In this document: positions 9,169-18,476 of the stretch, one piece after another
Numbering within the stretch: position 1 is the first letter of the stretch
Layout of the letters: every line of letters starts with the position of its first letter
Made by a program: the position numbers and the translations under genes
The notes under the pieces: model-generated
Told to the model about the DNA's origin: nothing
What the model saw: only the letters and a program-made list of their open reading frames with translations
Database searches by the model: none
Source of the DNA: an uncultured Gammaproteobacteria bacterium
GTDB lineage: Bacteria; Pseudomonadota; Gammaproteobacteria; Xanthomonadales; SZUA-38
Assembly (NCBI GenBank): GCA_964559945.1
Contig: CAZLJY010000001.1
Coordinates: forward strand, 24,081 to 88,080
Length of the DNA: 64,000 nucleotides
Direction of reading: 5' to 3'

Positions 9169-10968
9169 ATGTCGTTAATACACAGTCGCCGTGATCTGAA
9201 TTTCTATATGTATGAGTTGTTTGGCGTTGAGGCACTGCTGAACAATGAGCGTTACGCCGATTTCGACCGAGACACGATTGATGCGGTGATTGATGCCGCA
9301 GTCGCCATTGCACAGGAGTTTTATCAACCGGTGGCGGCCAAGGTGGATGCCTGTGAGCCTCAGTTTAGTCAGGGCAAAGTCAGCGTTATTCCAGAAGTGT
9401 CCAAGGCCTTAGCGGCCTTTAACGACGCCGGGTTTCCGGCCTTGGGGTTCGACCGGGCGTTGGGCGGCATGCAGTTGCCTTGGATAGTGAAACAGGTGGT
9501 CAATGGGATTTTCACCTGTGCCAACACGGCAATTTCAAACTATTCATTCCTCACCGCTGGCGCTGCCAATCTGCTCAATACCTGTGGTAGCGACGAACTT
9601 AAAGGGCGATTCCTGCCGCCCATGCTGGACGGGCGTTGGCAGGGAACCATGTGCCTATCTGAAACTCAGGCAGGGTCCTCGCTAGCGGATATCACAACCC
9701 AGGCAGTTCACATAGAAGATGATCGTTATCGTATTTCCGGCTCCAAAATGTGGATTTCTGGCGGCGATCATGACCTTTCTGAAAACATCATCCATATGGT
9801 GTTGGCGAAAATTCCTGGCGGGCCGCCGGGGGTGAAAGGTATATCCCTGTTTCTTGTGCCCAAATTTAAGGTTGATGAACAGGGCGCTGTTGGGTCATCA
9901 AATCATATCGTGACAGCGGGCCTGAATCACAAAATGGGCCAGCGGGGCACCACAAACTGTTTGCTGAATTTTGGCGAAGGCGGGGACTGCGAGGGGTTTT
10001 TGGTCGGACGCGAACACCAGGGTCTGGCCAATATGTTTCACATGATGAACGAAGCCAGGATCGGCGTAGGCTTGGGGGCAGTGATGGCGGGTCTGGGTGG
10101 CTATCTGTATTCACTGGACTACGCCCGAGAGAGGGCTCAGGGGCGGACGCTGACAAACCGAGACCCGGCATCCGCACCAGTAAAAATCATCGAACATCCC
10201 GATGTAAAACGCCTCTTGATGACGCAAAAAGTTTTTGTCGAAGGGGGGCAGGCGCTGATCTACTACTGCGCCAGTTTGCTGGATCAGCAAAAGCTAGCTG
10301 TAGACGCGCAGGAAGTGCAACGCATAACTTTATTGCTGGAACTGCTCACCCCGGTGGCCAAATCATGGCCCTCTGAGTATTGCCTGGAGGCCAACAAGCT
10401 GGCCATTCAGGTATTAGGTGGATACGGCTACACCCGGGATTTTCCCGTTGAACGTTTCTATCGTGACAATCGCTTAAACGCTATTCATGAAGGGACTCAC
10501 GGCATTCACGGCCTGGACCTTCTGGGTCGCAAAGTAGCGATGCACGAGGGCGCCGCGTTAAAACTCTTTCTTGATGAGGTTACAGCAACCCTGGATGACC
10601 TGCCGTCATCGTCTGAACTTCAGCAGTACGCCATAGGCTTAAGCCATGCAACACAGCAGGTGGCGAAAACCGTGGGCGCGGTAAGCCAATGCGATGATGT
10701 GGAACGTGCCTTAGCCAACGCGGCCTTATTTCTCGATGGCTTTGGCCACGTGGTGGTGGCTTGGCTGTGGTTGCGGCAAGCCATCACCGCATCAGAGGGT
10801 ATAAACCATTCATCCCCTACGGACCAAGCGTTCTACACAGGAAAACTCGCCGCATGTCGTTTTTTCTATCGCTATGAACTACCTAAAGGGGTGCTTTTGC
10901 TGGAGACGGTTGCGCAATTAGACGACACCTGCACGACGCTTAGTCCCCAGGAATTTGTTGGTTGCTGA
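9169..10968 (+). CDS. long-form acyl-CoA dehydrogenase (about 600 aa, FadE-like)
   Basis: ACAD-type blocks are present (CLSETQAGSSLADI, GISLFLVP, NHKMGQRGTTN, YRDNRLNAIHEGTHGIH), together with the C-terminal extension domain. Confidence 0.85.
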   Translation: MSLIHSRRDLNFYMYELFGVEALLNNERYADFDRDTIDAVIDAAVAIAQEFYQPVAAKVDACEPQFSQGKVSVIPEVSKALAAFNDAGFPALGFDRALGGMQLPWIVKQVVNGIFTCANTAISNYSFLTAGAANLLNTCGSDELKGRFLPPMLDGRWQGTMCLSETQAGSSLADITTQAVHIEDDRYRISGSKMWISGGDHDLSENIIHMVLAKIPGGPPGVKGISLFLVPKFKVDEQGAVGSSNHIVTAGLNHKMGQRGTTNCLLNFGEGGDCEGFLVGREHQGLANMFHMMNEARIGVGLGAVMAGLGGYLYSLDYARERAQGRTLTNRDPASAPVKIIEHPDVKRLLMTQKVFVEGGQALIYYCASLLDQQKLAVDAQEVQRITLLLELLTPVAKSWPSEYCLEANKLAIQVLGGYGYTRDFPVERFYRDNRLNAIHEGTHGIHGLDLLGRKVAMHEGAALKLFLDEVTATLDDLPSSSELQQYAIGLSHATQQVAKTVGAVSQCDDVERALANAALFLDGFGHVVVAWLWLRQAITASEGINHSSPTDQAFYTGKLAACRFFYRYELPKGVLLLETVAQLDDTCTTLSPQEFVGC

Positions 10969-11103
10969 GCTTCGAGCTAACGTTTCGGCCTGTCCCCATA
11001 AAAGGGGAAGTTCGATTCATGCCATGGCCAATGAATCTGGGTTGAGTATTGTCAACGTTACGCTTCTGACCATGGGGTTTTCAGTATTGTCGATACCGTG
11101 AGC

Positions 11104-13836
11104 TTATCGGATTGGGGTTGCAGTCGTTTGGCAATCACGGGTTTCAGCGTAGGTACTCAGGAGTGATTCGGCGCCATGAGTGCGTTGATGGTTACCGATA
11201 AACTCAGCGAGCCCATCAATCCCCAGTATCGGGTGGCAAAAGACATATCCCTGCGCATGGTCGCAGCCAAGTACAGCTAGCTTTTCCAGTTCTTGTTGAG
11301 ATTCGGCGCCCTCAGCGATAGTCTTTTTTCCTAAGGAGTGTGCTAGCTGAACCACTGCAGAAACAAACCCCTGCTGAGAGCGGTCGGTATCCACTCCGGT
11401 GACAAAAGAGCGATCAATTTTAATGAAGTCAACCGGCAGTTTTTGTAGATAGGTCAGTGAGGAAAATCCGGTCCCAAAATCGTCCAGGGCTAGTGTCAGT
11501 CCTTGGTCTTTGAGGGCGCCTAGCTTTGCAACTAGGCCAGCATTTTCGACCAACAATGACTCAGTAATTTCTAATTCCAAGGCGCCTGGCGATAAGCCGT
11601 TTTTTGACAGGCACGATGTGACCAAATCAACGAAGTTGGAATCCGCCAATTGCAGTGAAGACACATTGACCGCGATGCGCGGCGGCCTAAGCTCTGCCTG
11701 CATCCCAGTGTATTGGGTGCAGGCATTTTCCAACACCCATTGTCCCAATTTCCCGATCAACCCGTATTGCTCTGCAACCTGAATCATTTCATCTGGGTCC
11801 ACATCGGAATCAGGCCATCGGACCAGCACCTCTACCCCAGAGATTTTTCCATTGACGATGTCCAGCTGTGGTTGAAAAGCCAACGCCAATTGGTCGTTTT
11901 CTAACGCGTGGCGAAGCCTGGTAACGATTTGAAATTTTCGGGTGATGTCACGATTGATATCCTCGGTAAAAAAAGTCACTCGGTTTCGACCTAACTCTTT
12001 TGAACGGTACATTGCAGCATCTGCATTGCGCATCAAGGTCTCGGCAGTGTTGCCGTCTTCTGGATACATCGCAATGCCTGCGCTGGCATTTACCTGGGCT
12101 AACTGTCCGTTGATATCAAGAGGTCGGGAAAGGGCATGGATAGCCTGTTCAGCCCAGCGGTTGGCCTCTTCTGGATTGTCACAGCCGCCAAGAATGACAA
12201 CAAATTCATCACCGCCGAGGCGGGACACGGTATCGCTGCGTTTTGCGCTCGCCTGTAAAATTCGAGATACCTGATCGAGCAGTGCGTCGCCGCCAGAATG
12301 TCCCAGCGAGTCGTTAACGAGCTTAAAATTGTCTAGATCCAAAAAAACCAGGGCAAAGGGTTCACCGCGCTTGCGCTTGAAGCCGCAGGCGAGTTTCAGC
12401 CTATCTTCTAGCAGGTGTCGGTTCGGAAGGCCGGTCAAAGTGTCAAAATTTGCTTGGGTAAATAGTTCTTTCTCCTTCTCAGCGGCAGTCAAGGTCACTG
12501 CGATTCGGTCGCGCAACTCTACTAGCTGGTTACGCAGAACTAACGTGTCGTCTTCTTCTCGCCTTATCCCGGCAAATAAAAACCCCAATGGTCGTGAATG
12601 CCAATTGATCCCAAGCAGTAGGCCCGTTTGCCCACCCAAATCATTTTGATATTCGGTACCTAGCCAGGTGGAGTCGATGGCGATAGGTCGCTGCGCGTTG
12701 GCAACCTGAGCTAACTGCGAATCTGATAAGGAAAGGTTTTTTATTTCACCAACTAGATCATCGTCTGCGTGGGTGCTTTGACAGATTGCTCGACGTTGAT
12801 CCTGATGTTTGAATACACCGATGGTCAGGTGCTGCGCATCTACGAAAACAAAGGCTCGACCAAGAATTAGATTCAGCACAGTTTCGGTGGACTCACTTTG
12901 CAAAATGAGACGGTCAATTTCAGCGTTAATCCGATAACGGCTGACCTCTTCTTGCAATCGTTCCATCATGGCGTTGAAACTGCGGCCCAAATCACCAAAC
13001 TCATTGGCCTCCTCAATCACCACCGGTTCACTGAAATTGGATTGGCTGACGCGGGCCGTGGCGTCGGTCAATAAATGCAACGGTCTTAGGCGGCGTCTTA
13101 GTAAAATCAGAGAAAAAAGCGCTGCCACCGCGATAGACAACGCTACCAGTGATGGTAGGAAACGCCCTAAGGCCAGCGCCTCGATGAAGTCGTCTGCACG
13201 GCGGAAGGCGGTAAATCGCCAGTTAGCGCCGGTTATTGGACTATTGAGAAACAACTCCCACGTGGCGATGTCAAACGTTTCATCATTGAATTCAAATTGT
13301 TGGGCTGGTTGGTCGATGCCAGAAAATTCCTGCCACATCGGTTGCAAATCCAGCTCATAGCCGTCCTGATTTCCACAATACAACAAAATTCCAGAGTCAA
13401 CCGATTCAACGCACATAGCCACTCGTGGTGGCAGCGCCACTAGTGTTTCCCAAAACCACACAGGATTGATGACGGCCCTAAGGGTGGCCGTTTCTAATGG
13501 CATCTCAACAATCAGACTTTCAGAGGCTGCGTGGAGCGTGGGTTTGCCAAGAGAATTGTCCGAGGCCGGCAAATTTTCAACGTTTAGAAACGCGTGATCA
13601 TTGGTGCCATCTTGTGCCCTCGGTAGCAGGGCCATCATCTCTTCGAATCGAGCCAGAAAAAGATGACCTTGAGAGCGTAGAGCATCACCTAGCTGGCGTT
13701 GCTGTTGCAGCGAAATGACCGATGAGAAATGCCCGAGTGCATAAATGCTGACCGTGACAACAGGTACCGCAGCTACGATCAGAAAAGCGCCAAACAAACG
13801 CCGCCCAATTCGGGTGGGTAGGCTTGAATTGGCCAT
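11104..13836 (-). CDS. membrane sensor diguanylate cyclase/phosphodiesterase (periplasmic domain-HAMP-GAF-like-GGDEF-EAL)
   Basis: Two TM segments flank a periplasmic region of about 190 aa. A HAMP-like segment follows TM2. The GGDEF motif is intact (RLGGDEFVV). EAL-domain motifs are present (EVLVRW, ELEITES, DDFGTGFSSLTYL, KIDRSF, EGAES, QGY). Confidence 0.9.
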   Translation of the reverse strand: MANSSLPTRIGRRLFGAFLIVAAVPVVTVSIYALGHFSSVISLQQQRQLGDALRSQGHLFLARFEEMMALLPRAQDGTNDHAFLNVENLPASDNSLGKPTLHAASESLIVEMPLETATLRAVINPVWFWETLVALPPRVAMCVESVDSGILLYCGNQDGYELDLQPMWQEFSGIDQPAQQFEFNDETFDIATWELFLNSPITGANWRFTAFRRADDFIEALALGRFLPSLVALSIAVAALFSLILLRRRLRPLHLLTDATARVSQSNFSEPVVIEEANEFGDLGRSFNAMMERLQEEVSRYRINAEIDRLILQSESTETVLNLILGRAFVFVDAQHLTIGVFKHQDQRRAICQSTHADDDLVGEIKNLSLSDSQLAQVANAQRPIAIDSTWLGTEYQNDLGGQTGLLLGINWHSRPLGFLFAGIRREEDDTLVLRNQLVELRDRIAVTLTAAEKEKELFTQANFDTLTGLPNRHLLEDRLKLACGFKRKRGEPFALVFLDLDNFKLVNDSLGHSGGDALLDQVSRILQASAKRSDTVSRLGGDEFVVILGGCDNPEEANRWAEQAIHALSRPLDINGQLAQVNASAGIAMYPEDGNTAETLMRNADAAMYRSKELGRNRVTFFTEDINRDITRKFQIVTRLRHALENDQLALAFQPQLDIVNGKISGVEVLVRWPDSDVDPDEMIQVAEQYGLIGKLGQWVLENACTQYTGMQAELRPPRIAVNVSSLQLADSNFVDLVTSCLSKNGLSPGALELEITESLLVENAGLVAKLGALKDQGLTLALDDFGTGFSSLTYLQKLPVDFIKIDRSFVTGVDTDRSQQGFVSAVVQLAHSLGKKTIAEGAESQQELEKLAVLGCDHAQGYVFCHPILGIDGLAEFIGNHQRTHGAESLLSTYAETRDCQTTATPIR

Positions 13837-13837
13837 A

Positions 13838-14371
13838 TCAATACTCTTCAGCCAACCCTACAAACTGGCCATCCGATGCTCTAATAATATCGTCTCTGCT
13901 GGCCTTAGCATTTAGCTGAGGTTTGAAATCGCCATCTTTTCCGGCACTAAATAGATCGTAATCACTGTTGATCGGTTTCAAATTGCGGTCGCGGCGCATA
14001 TTTTGTTTGTCCCTTCCTTGTCCGGTATGGCCTCGGCGCTGGTCTCTTTCTGAGGTATCAGCGATATTTAAGTAGTGGTATGGATTGCCCCAGGGATCTA
14101 ATTTCAGGTCCTTACTAATGTCGGCCAGGGAATCGGGAAAACGCCCTCGTCGTGCTCGAAAGCGTTCAATGGCCAGCTCAATATCCTGTATATCCGTCAT
14201 GGCGATGGCGATGTCTATCCGGTCACGATATTGCTGGTAACCCGGCACAGCGATGCTGGCCAATATCGCGATAATAGCGACGGTAGCCAGTAACTCTGCC
14301 ATGGTAAAACCTTTGTATTTTTTTGTCAGAAACAAGAAATTCCACTGCGCGAATAAAAAATCCATCGTCAT
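13838..14371 (-). CDS. GspG-like type II secretion pseudopilin (orphan), with an Arg/Asp-rich insertion
   Basis: It carries the prepilin motif KG|FTMAELL with Glu at +5, followed by a hydrophobic helix. The GspG hallmarks DPWGNPYHY and YDLFSAGKDG are present. The start is uncertain: the ATG at 14371 would give a 21-aa leader, whereas the TTG at 14335 or CTG at 14329 would give a normal short leader. The TGA stop lies 1 nt before the ATG of the downstream GGDEF-EAL gene. Confidence 0.75.
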   Translation of the reverse strand: MTMDFLFAQWNFLFLTKKYKGFTMAELLATVAIIAILASIAVPGYQQYRDRIDIAIAMTDIQDIELAIERFRARRGRFPDSLADISKDLKLDPWGNPYHYLNIADTSERDQRRGHTGQGRDKQNMRRDRNLKPINSDYDLFSAGKDGDFKPQLNAKASRDDIIRASDGQFVGLAEEY

Positions 14372-14406
14372 GGTGTCGTGATTTCGGGGCGAAAAAACGT
14401 CGATTC
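14370..14406. promoter_or_regulatory. GTCGTGATTT motif plus a degenerate second copy (GTCGATTC) 24 bp away, upstream of the pseudopilin operon
   Basis: The 15-mer ATGGTGTCGTGATTT at 14370-14384 is identical to 23060-23074. GTCGATTC lies at 14399-14406. Confidence 0.35.
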
Positions 14407-14469
14407 ATTAGTATTTTCGCCAACATTTACAATAATTTGCCGACAAAACGTATTTGAAGCGACGATAAT

Positions 14470-14958
14470 GTTTTGCTATGTCACTAAGTATCGACTGTAG
14501 GGGGCAGAGACATTAGAAACATCGGAAGTTTTTGATTTGTTGAGTCATGAGCCGAGCAAGGACTCTGTCGTTGGTATCCGACTAGAGCCTGGAGCTCAAC
14601 GTGATCTGCGATACCCAGTTGGCACCAAAAGAACCGCAAGCCTTGCCGGTAACGTAGCGTCCTCAGCCGGGTTGACGGACATCACCTCAGGCAATAATCA
14701 GGCCGGAGTTACCACACCAATAATCCTATTTGGCAATGGCTTTGAATGATGGAAACGGGGTAAACCTAACTTGGGCGGGTTGCAAAAGCCTAAAAAACCT
14801 TGGAGATAAACATCTTGCACGGGCATAGCTCCCGGTCTGCACTATTCAGCGGCAGTGGTTGCGCGTTTAGCTGCGGTCGGTAAGGTCAATCTCTAGGGTC
14901 AAGAAAATGGTGCTTTTGAGTCTTCTGATGTTAACTGATGGTTAGGCTTGTCTTTCTC
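14470..14958 (-). pseudogene. decayed C-terminal remnant of a CocE/NonD-family hydrolase paralog
   Basis: The minus-strand conceptual translation aligns with the C-terminus of the 20590-22812 gene but carries frameshifts and in-frame stops. EKDKPNHQLTSEDSKAPFS/LTLEIDLTDRS*TRNHCR aligns with QNDKTTHQLSTEASKAPASLTLEIDFADRNQSRNDYY. IGVVTPA*LLPE aligns with FGVTLYELLPD. LLVPTGYRRSR* aligns with LLVPGALTSVEFRRSRM. An identical 18-mer, gtcaatctctagggtcaa, occurs at 14885-14902 and 21106-21123. Confidence 0.6.
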
Positions 14959-16012
14959 TCAAAGTTTGTGAGGGTGTTTGTCCAAATCTAGCGCGGTAGG
15001 CTGATGCAAACCGGCCGTGATGGGTCACGCCCTGGTCACTGAGAATTCGGGTAACGTTGGAATCTATCGGGGCAGACAGTAGCCGCTGACGAACTCGGTC
15101 TAGTTTAATTTTTTGTGAGTACTGTTTAACGGTTTGTCCAACGTGCCGTCTAAACAACCCTCGTAGTTGGCGCTCTGAGACGCCGACTAGATTGGCTAAC
15201 TCAGCGGTTGATGGCGGGCAAACGAATTTTGCATGCAGTTCTTTAATGGCGGCGTCTAATGGCCGCGGATACTCCCGGCTGCGTGATCTATTGAGTCTTT
15301 CAGAATAATTATGTTGCTGGGTGTGGAGCAACGTCGTGATCAACCAGCGTTCTAGCTGATCTGCGGCCACAGGGTCGCGACGATGCCAGTCGACAAATCG
15401 GCAGTGCTGATAAAGGGCAGAGACAACCGCAAGCCATGGTTGTGCTGATTCAGTGGCAAGGTCAAGGTCAAGCTTAAACACTAAAGGATGGTCTACCTGG
15501 CGTCCCGTTAGGTCTTCCAGTTGGCGTTCTAATGATTTCCTGGAAATCTGTACGGTGAGCACAACGGCATCACTATTCCAGCGCATAAAACTGGGTTCAG
15601 TGGGAGACAGCACAGTGGCGTTTTGATTGCCCGCCCAACAGCGCTGTTGCCCACAGCGTACGTCTAAGGAGCCCGCAGTGGTAATTTGAGCCAGGTAAAA
15701 ATCCGTCAATCGGCCTGGGTCAACTACGGCGTTTGCCCCATACTGGACACTGGAAAATCCGATATTGCCAACCGATGTGCTGGCGATTCGGGTTGCGAGT
15801 TTTCGTTCCTTGGGATCTAGCTGAAATTCGTGAGGGCAAAACAAATTGCTGGCGAAATTCTGAATTTCTTCGTGATCGTTTGATGAGAAAAAATCGAAAC
15901 GATCAGGTCCTTCAGACAACGCCAATGTCATTTCTTTTACGGCCTTGTGGCCGGTCATATCACTGATCACCGTACACGACACTCTAGCCAATTCTGGATC
16001 AAAGTCTGCCAC
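14942..16012 (-). CDS. AraC/XylS-family transcriptional regulator
   Basis: The C-terminus carries a double HTH (TAELANLVGVSERQLRGLFRRHVGQTVKQYSQKIKLDRVRQRLL ... HGRFASAYRARFGQTPSQT). The gene is divergent from the TonB-receptor/ADH genes. Confidence 0.85.
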   Translation of the reverse strand: MADFDPELARVSCTVISDMTGHKAVKEMTLALSEGPDRFDFFSSNDHEEIQNFASNLFCPHEFQLDPKERKLATRIASTSVGNIGFSSVQYGANAVVDPGRLTDFYLAQITTAGSLDVRCGQQRCWAGNQNATVLSPTEPSFMRWNSDAVVLTVQISRKSLERQLEDLTGRQVDHPLVFKLDLDLATESAQPWLAVVSALYQHCRFVDWHRRDPVAADQLERWLITTLLHTQQHNYSERLNRSRSREYPRPLDAAIKELHAKFVCPPSTAELANLVGVSERQLRGLFRRHVGQTVKQYSQKIKLDRVRQRLLSAPIDSNVTRILSDQGVTHHGRFASAYRARFGQTPSQTLRERQA

Positions 16013-16099
16013 ATTTGGATATCAAAGACGATTTCACCAGGGCATCTTGGGAAGACAGATGATGTTGTCTAATGCCTTGCATCCATCGGGGAGATCAAA

Positions 16100-18463
16100 A
16101 TGGCTTACGTAAATCTCAAACAGGTTTCGTTTTCGGTCCTAGGGTTTTTCATAATCGCAGCGTCAGCCCACAGACCTGCAGTGGCTCAAGACAGTGAGTC
16201 AGGTGCCCTGTCGTCGCTGTTAGAGGAAGTGGTCGTGACGGCGCGCAAGCGCGAGGAGAGCCAACAGGATATTCCTGTGGCGGTCTCCGCATTTTCCGGT
16301 GCTAGCCTGGATGTCCGTGGCATTCAGAGCGTGTCTGAAATTGGCCGTATCACGCCCAACATGAACTATCAGAACAACCCGGTCGCTGGCGGATCTTCGT
16401 CGGTGGCTACCGTGTACGTGCGTGGTATTGGCCAAAGAGACTTCCTCGGCACGATCGATAACGGTGTGGGCTTTTACATCGACGATGTGCTGGTTGCCAG
16501 GACTGTTGGGGCGGTTATCGATCTATTGGAAATCGACCGTGTTGAGGTGTTGCGCGGTCCCCAAGGAACACTGTTTGGAAGAAACAACGTGGGTGGCGCA
16601 GTCAATGTGCATACCCGCCGGCCAGGATCTGAGCGTAGTGGATATATTGATGGTCAAGTGGGAACCGACGGACTATTTCGCGTAAGAGCCTCCGTTGATG
16701 CGCCGATAAACGAAAACGTGCGCAGTCAGTTTTCGGTCCTTTACGGACGCCAAGACGGGTACGTCGATCGACCTGCAGGTGGTGATTTGGGAAATAAGAA
16801 CGTAACTGCCGTTCGCGGCGTGCTCGAAGCCGACCTTACGCCATCGTTAGCGGTATCGCTTATCGCCGATTACAGCAACGAAGACGACAACGGACCCGCG
16901 TTTACCCTGTTTGATGCCGGCACTTTGGCGCCGGGGGGATTTGCGGGGTTTTATAACAACGTACTGAATCCGGGTAGCTGTGCATTCCCGGGTGGGATTA
17001 CCTCCACCGACCCAATTTGCTACAACAATCAATACGTCTCGGAATCACAAAATTTCGGTACCGCTCCAACCTTCAGTGAGTCCACTACCTGGGGCCTGCG
17101 GCTTGGCTTGGACTGGGATATATCCGATACCCTGGGCTTTCGGTCGATTACAGCAGTACGAGAATTGGACTCCCAGTTCGCGCGGGATTCTGACGCATCG
17201 CCCAATACCTTAGTGCACTTCTTTGATGATTTTCAGTCGGAGCAATTCTCTCAGGAATTTCAGCTTTCAGCAGATCTATGGGATGGCCGGGTTGAGTGGA
17301 TCAATGGCCTTTACTATTTTGATGAAGAAGGTGACAACCTAAACTTGCTAGATTTTGCGATTGCGAGTTTTCGAAGTGGCGCAGAATTTGAAACCGAGTC
17401 CAAGGCATTTTTCAGTCAGGCGACCATAGAGCTCTCCGAACGTCTAGACCTAACGATCGGTGGGCGTTACACCCGAGAAAAGAAAGGTTTCAATCCCGAT
17501 CAAGTTGTAGGTCCGAACTTTATTGGTATCCCCTATCTTGACGCGGCGGGAAACTGCGTGGCACAAAATGAGCCCGCCAATCTTGGCGCAGGCACGCCAG
17601 GGCTGATTGTCGACATTCCATCGGTTGTCTGTCCGGTGAGAAATTTGCCCCTGGGTCGCGAATCCCGAGACACCAATGAGTTTACACCGATGGTGAATCT
17701 CGCTTATCGAGTCGGAGACACAGGTTTGCTTTATGGTACTTACTCCGAGGGGTTTAGGTCGGGTGGATTTGTGCAGCGAGTCTTTCCACCGTTGCCCGTT
17801 GTCCCCGAGTTTGGCCCGGAATTTGTCGATTCGTTTGAAATTGGCTACAAGTATCAAAGCAACGATGGCCGGTTCCTTGTCAACACCGCTGCCTTTTTCA
17901 CCGACTATACCGATATCCAGGTTCGAACTGAGCGGCCTGGGTTTGTCGGCGAGTTGGAAGACAATATCGGCGATGCGGAAATTTCAGGAATAGAAATTGA
18001 GTCCGTGTTTCAGCTCACACCATCAACCATCGTCGAGCTGTCATACGGTTATACCGATGCGGAATACACAGCGATTCGAGTGGAGGCGCCGCTACGCTCT
18101 ACGGTGAGTGTGGATGACAGTTTTGACCATGTCCCTGAACACACTGCTGCGGCCGCGATATCCCACGAATTTTCCCTCAGTAACGGCTCCAGCCTGGTTG
18201 GCAGGATTGATGCCAGCTATTCCAGCGAATACGCCAACGATCCGGACAATAGCGAGGCAATTTTTACCCCTGATGTGACGTTAGTAAATGCTTCAGTCAG
18301 GTGGTTGTCCAGCGCACAAAACTGGTCGGTAACCCTTGGCGCAAAAAATATCACCGATGAGCAATACATTTTGACCGGTTACCTGAACGAGGCGATTGGC
18401 CATGCAGAGACGATTAACGACCGAGGTTTTCAATGGTACTTGGGGTCACGGTGGGAATTTTGA
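16100..18463 (+). CDS. TonB-dependent outer-membrane receptor
   Basis: A signal peptide is present. The plug region includes EEVVVTARKREESQQDIPVAVS and IDRVEVLRGPQGTLFGRNNVGGAVN. The long beta-barrel ends in an aromatic residue (...GSRWEF). Confidence 0.9.
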   Translation: MAYVNLKQVSFSVLGFFIIAASAHRPAVAQDSESGALSSLLEEVVVTARKREESQQDIPVAVSAFSGASLDVRGIQSVSEIGRITPNMNYQNNPVAGGSSSVATVYVRGIGQRDFLGTIDNGVGFYIDDVLVARTVGAVIDLLEIDRVEVLRGPQGTLFGRNNVGGAVNVHTRRPGSERSGYIDGQVGTDGLFRVRASVDAPINENVRSQFSVLYGRQDGYVDRPAGGDLGNKNVTAVRGVLEADLTPSLAVSLIADYSNEDDNGPAFTLFDAGTLAPGGFAGFYNNVLNPGSCAFPGGITSTDPICYNNQYVSESQNFGTAPTFSESTTWGLRLGLDWDISDTLGFRSITAVRELDSQFARDSDASPNTLVHFFDDFQSEQFSQEFQLSADLWDGRVEWINGLYYFDEEGDNLNLLDFAIASFRSGAEFETESKAFFSQATIELSERLDLTIGGRYTREKKGFNPDQVVGPNFIGIPYLDAAGNCVAQNEPANLGAGTPGLIVDIPSVVCPVRNLPLGRESRDTNEFTPMVNLAYRVGDTGLLYGTYSEGFRSGGFVQRVFPPLPVVPEFGPEFVDSFEIGYKYQSNDGRFLVNTAAFFTDYTDIQVRTERPGFVGELEDNIGDAEISGIEIESVFQLTPSTIVELSYGYTDAEYTAIRVEAPLRSTVSVDDSFDHVPEHTAAAAISHEFSLSNGSSLVGRIDASYSSEYANDPDNSEAIFTPDVTLVNASVRWLSSAQNWSVTLGAKNITDEQYILTGYLNEAIGHAETINDRGFQWYLGSRWEF

Positions 18464-18476
18464 AGAGCCCTACAGT

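Noticed and set aside
14372-14470. Searched the pseudopilin/GGDEF-EAL operon leader for a c-di-GMP riboswitch (GEMM-I-like)
   Set aside because: Only a GGCAAA fragment is present. The conserved ACGCAAAGCC-type core and paired helices are absent.
14537-14749. 70-aa plus-strand ORF in the pseudopilin/araC gap
   Set aside because: It lies antisense to the decayed hydrolase remnant, which explains the sequence better. No RBS or homology is evident.
18396-18476. N-terminal extension of the PQQ-ADH ORF (MAMQRRLTTEVFNG...) overlapping the TonB-receptor 3' end by 68 nt
   Set aside because: The extension is just the receptor's C-terminal region read in another frame. The ATG at 18477 yields a proper signal/lipobox-like peptide and lies 13 nt after the receptor stop.
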